In this document: positions 63,986 to 64,000 of the stretch, in pieces
Layout of the letters: the number at the start of each line of letters is the position of its first letter
Position numbering within the stretch: position 1 is the stretch's first letter
Source: an uncultured Gammaproteobacteria bacterium
GTDB lineage: Bacteria; Pseudomonadota; Gammaproteobacteria; GCA-001735895
Reading direction: 5' to 3'
NCBI GenBank assembly: GCA_964651385.1
Contig: CAZYYM010000006.1
Coordinates: 1,293-65,292, forward strand
Length of the DNA stretch: 64,000 nt
The notes under the pieces: generated by a model
The model's input: the letters and a program-made list of their open reading frames with translations, nothing else
What the model was told of the DNA's origin: nothing
The model's database searches: none
Position numbers and translations under genes: made by a program

Positions 63986-64000
63986 GTTTCAGCGACCATA

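Overview
This window looks like a gammaproteobacterial chromosome segment. As far as I recall, the gene order resembles the Pseudomonas pilT/pilG neighbourhood. All homology calls come from reading the translated ORFs; no searches were run.

The left 41 kb is mostly housekeeping:
- A TetR-controlled MMPL/RND exporter with a LolA-like partner.
- rapA, bioD and rarD.
- A tkt-gap-pgk-pyk glycolytic block.
- metK-ahcY, preceded by what reads as an SAH riboswitch.
- rsmE.
- A Pil-Chp twitching chemosensory cluster (pilG-pilH-pilI-pilJ-chpA plus a CheW-like gene) with no pilK or chpB.
- gshB, apbE, a tonB-like gene, algH/yqgE, ruvX and pyrR-pyrB-pyrC-prime.
- pilT followed by two tandem pilU-type ATPases.
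- yggS-proC-yggT.

From about 41 to 58 kb the character changes. Spacers are long and AT-rich, strand orientation alternates, and this stretch carries:
- A PAP2 phosphatase.
- An orphan 579-aa protein with a nuclease-like N-terminal fold and a roughly 280-aa Pro/Ala/Lys-rich tail.
- An acyl-CoA synthetase.
- A decayed yigZ pseudogene.
- A complete four-gene Wadjet (jetABCD) anti-plasmid system with its catalytic motifs intact.

jetD ends 2 nt before an ABC ATPase, which is followed by an FtsX permease and an AttH-like lipocalin gene. Together these form a 7-gene co-directional array.

The right end carries mutY, asmA, a DUF2333 gene, gdhA and 470 nt of non-coding DNA with small repeats. I found no tRNA, rRNA, CRISPR array, transposase or integrase.
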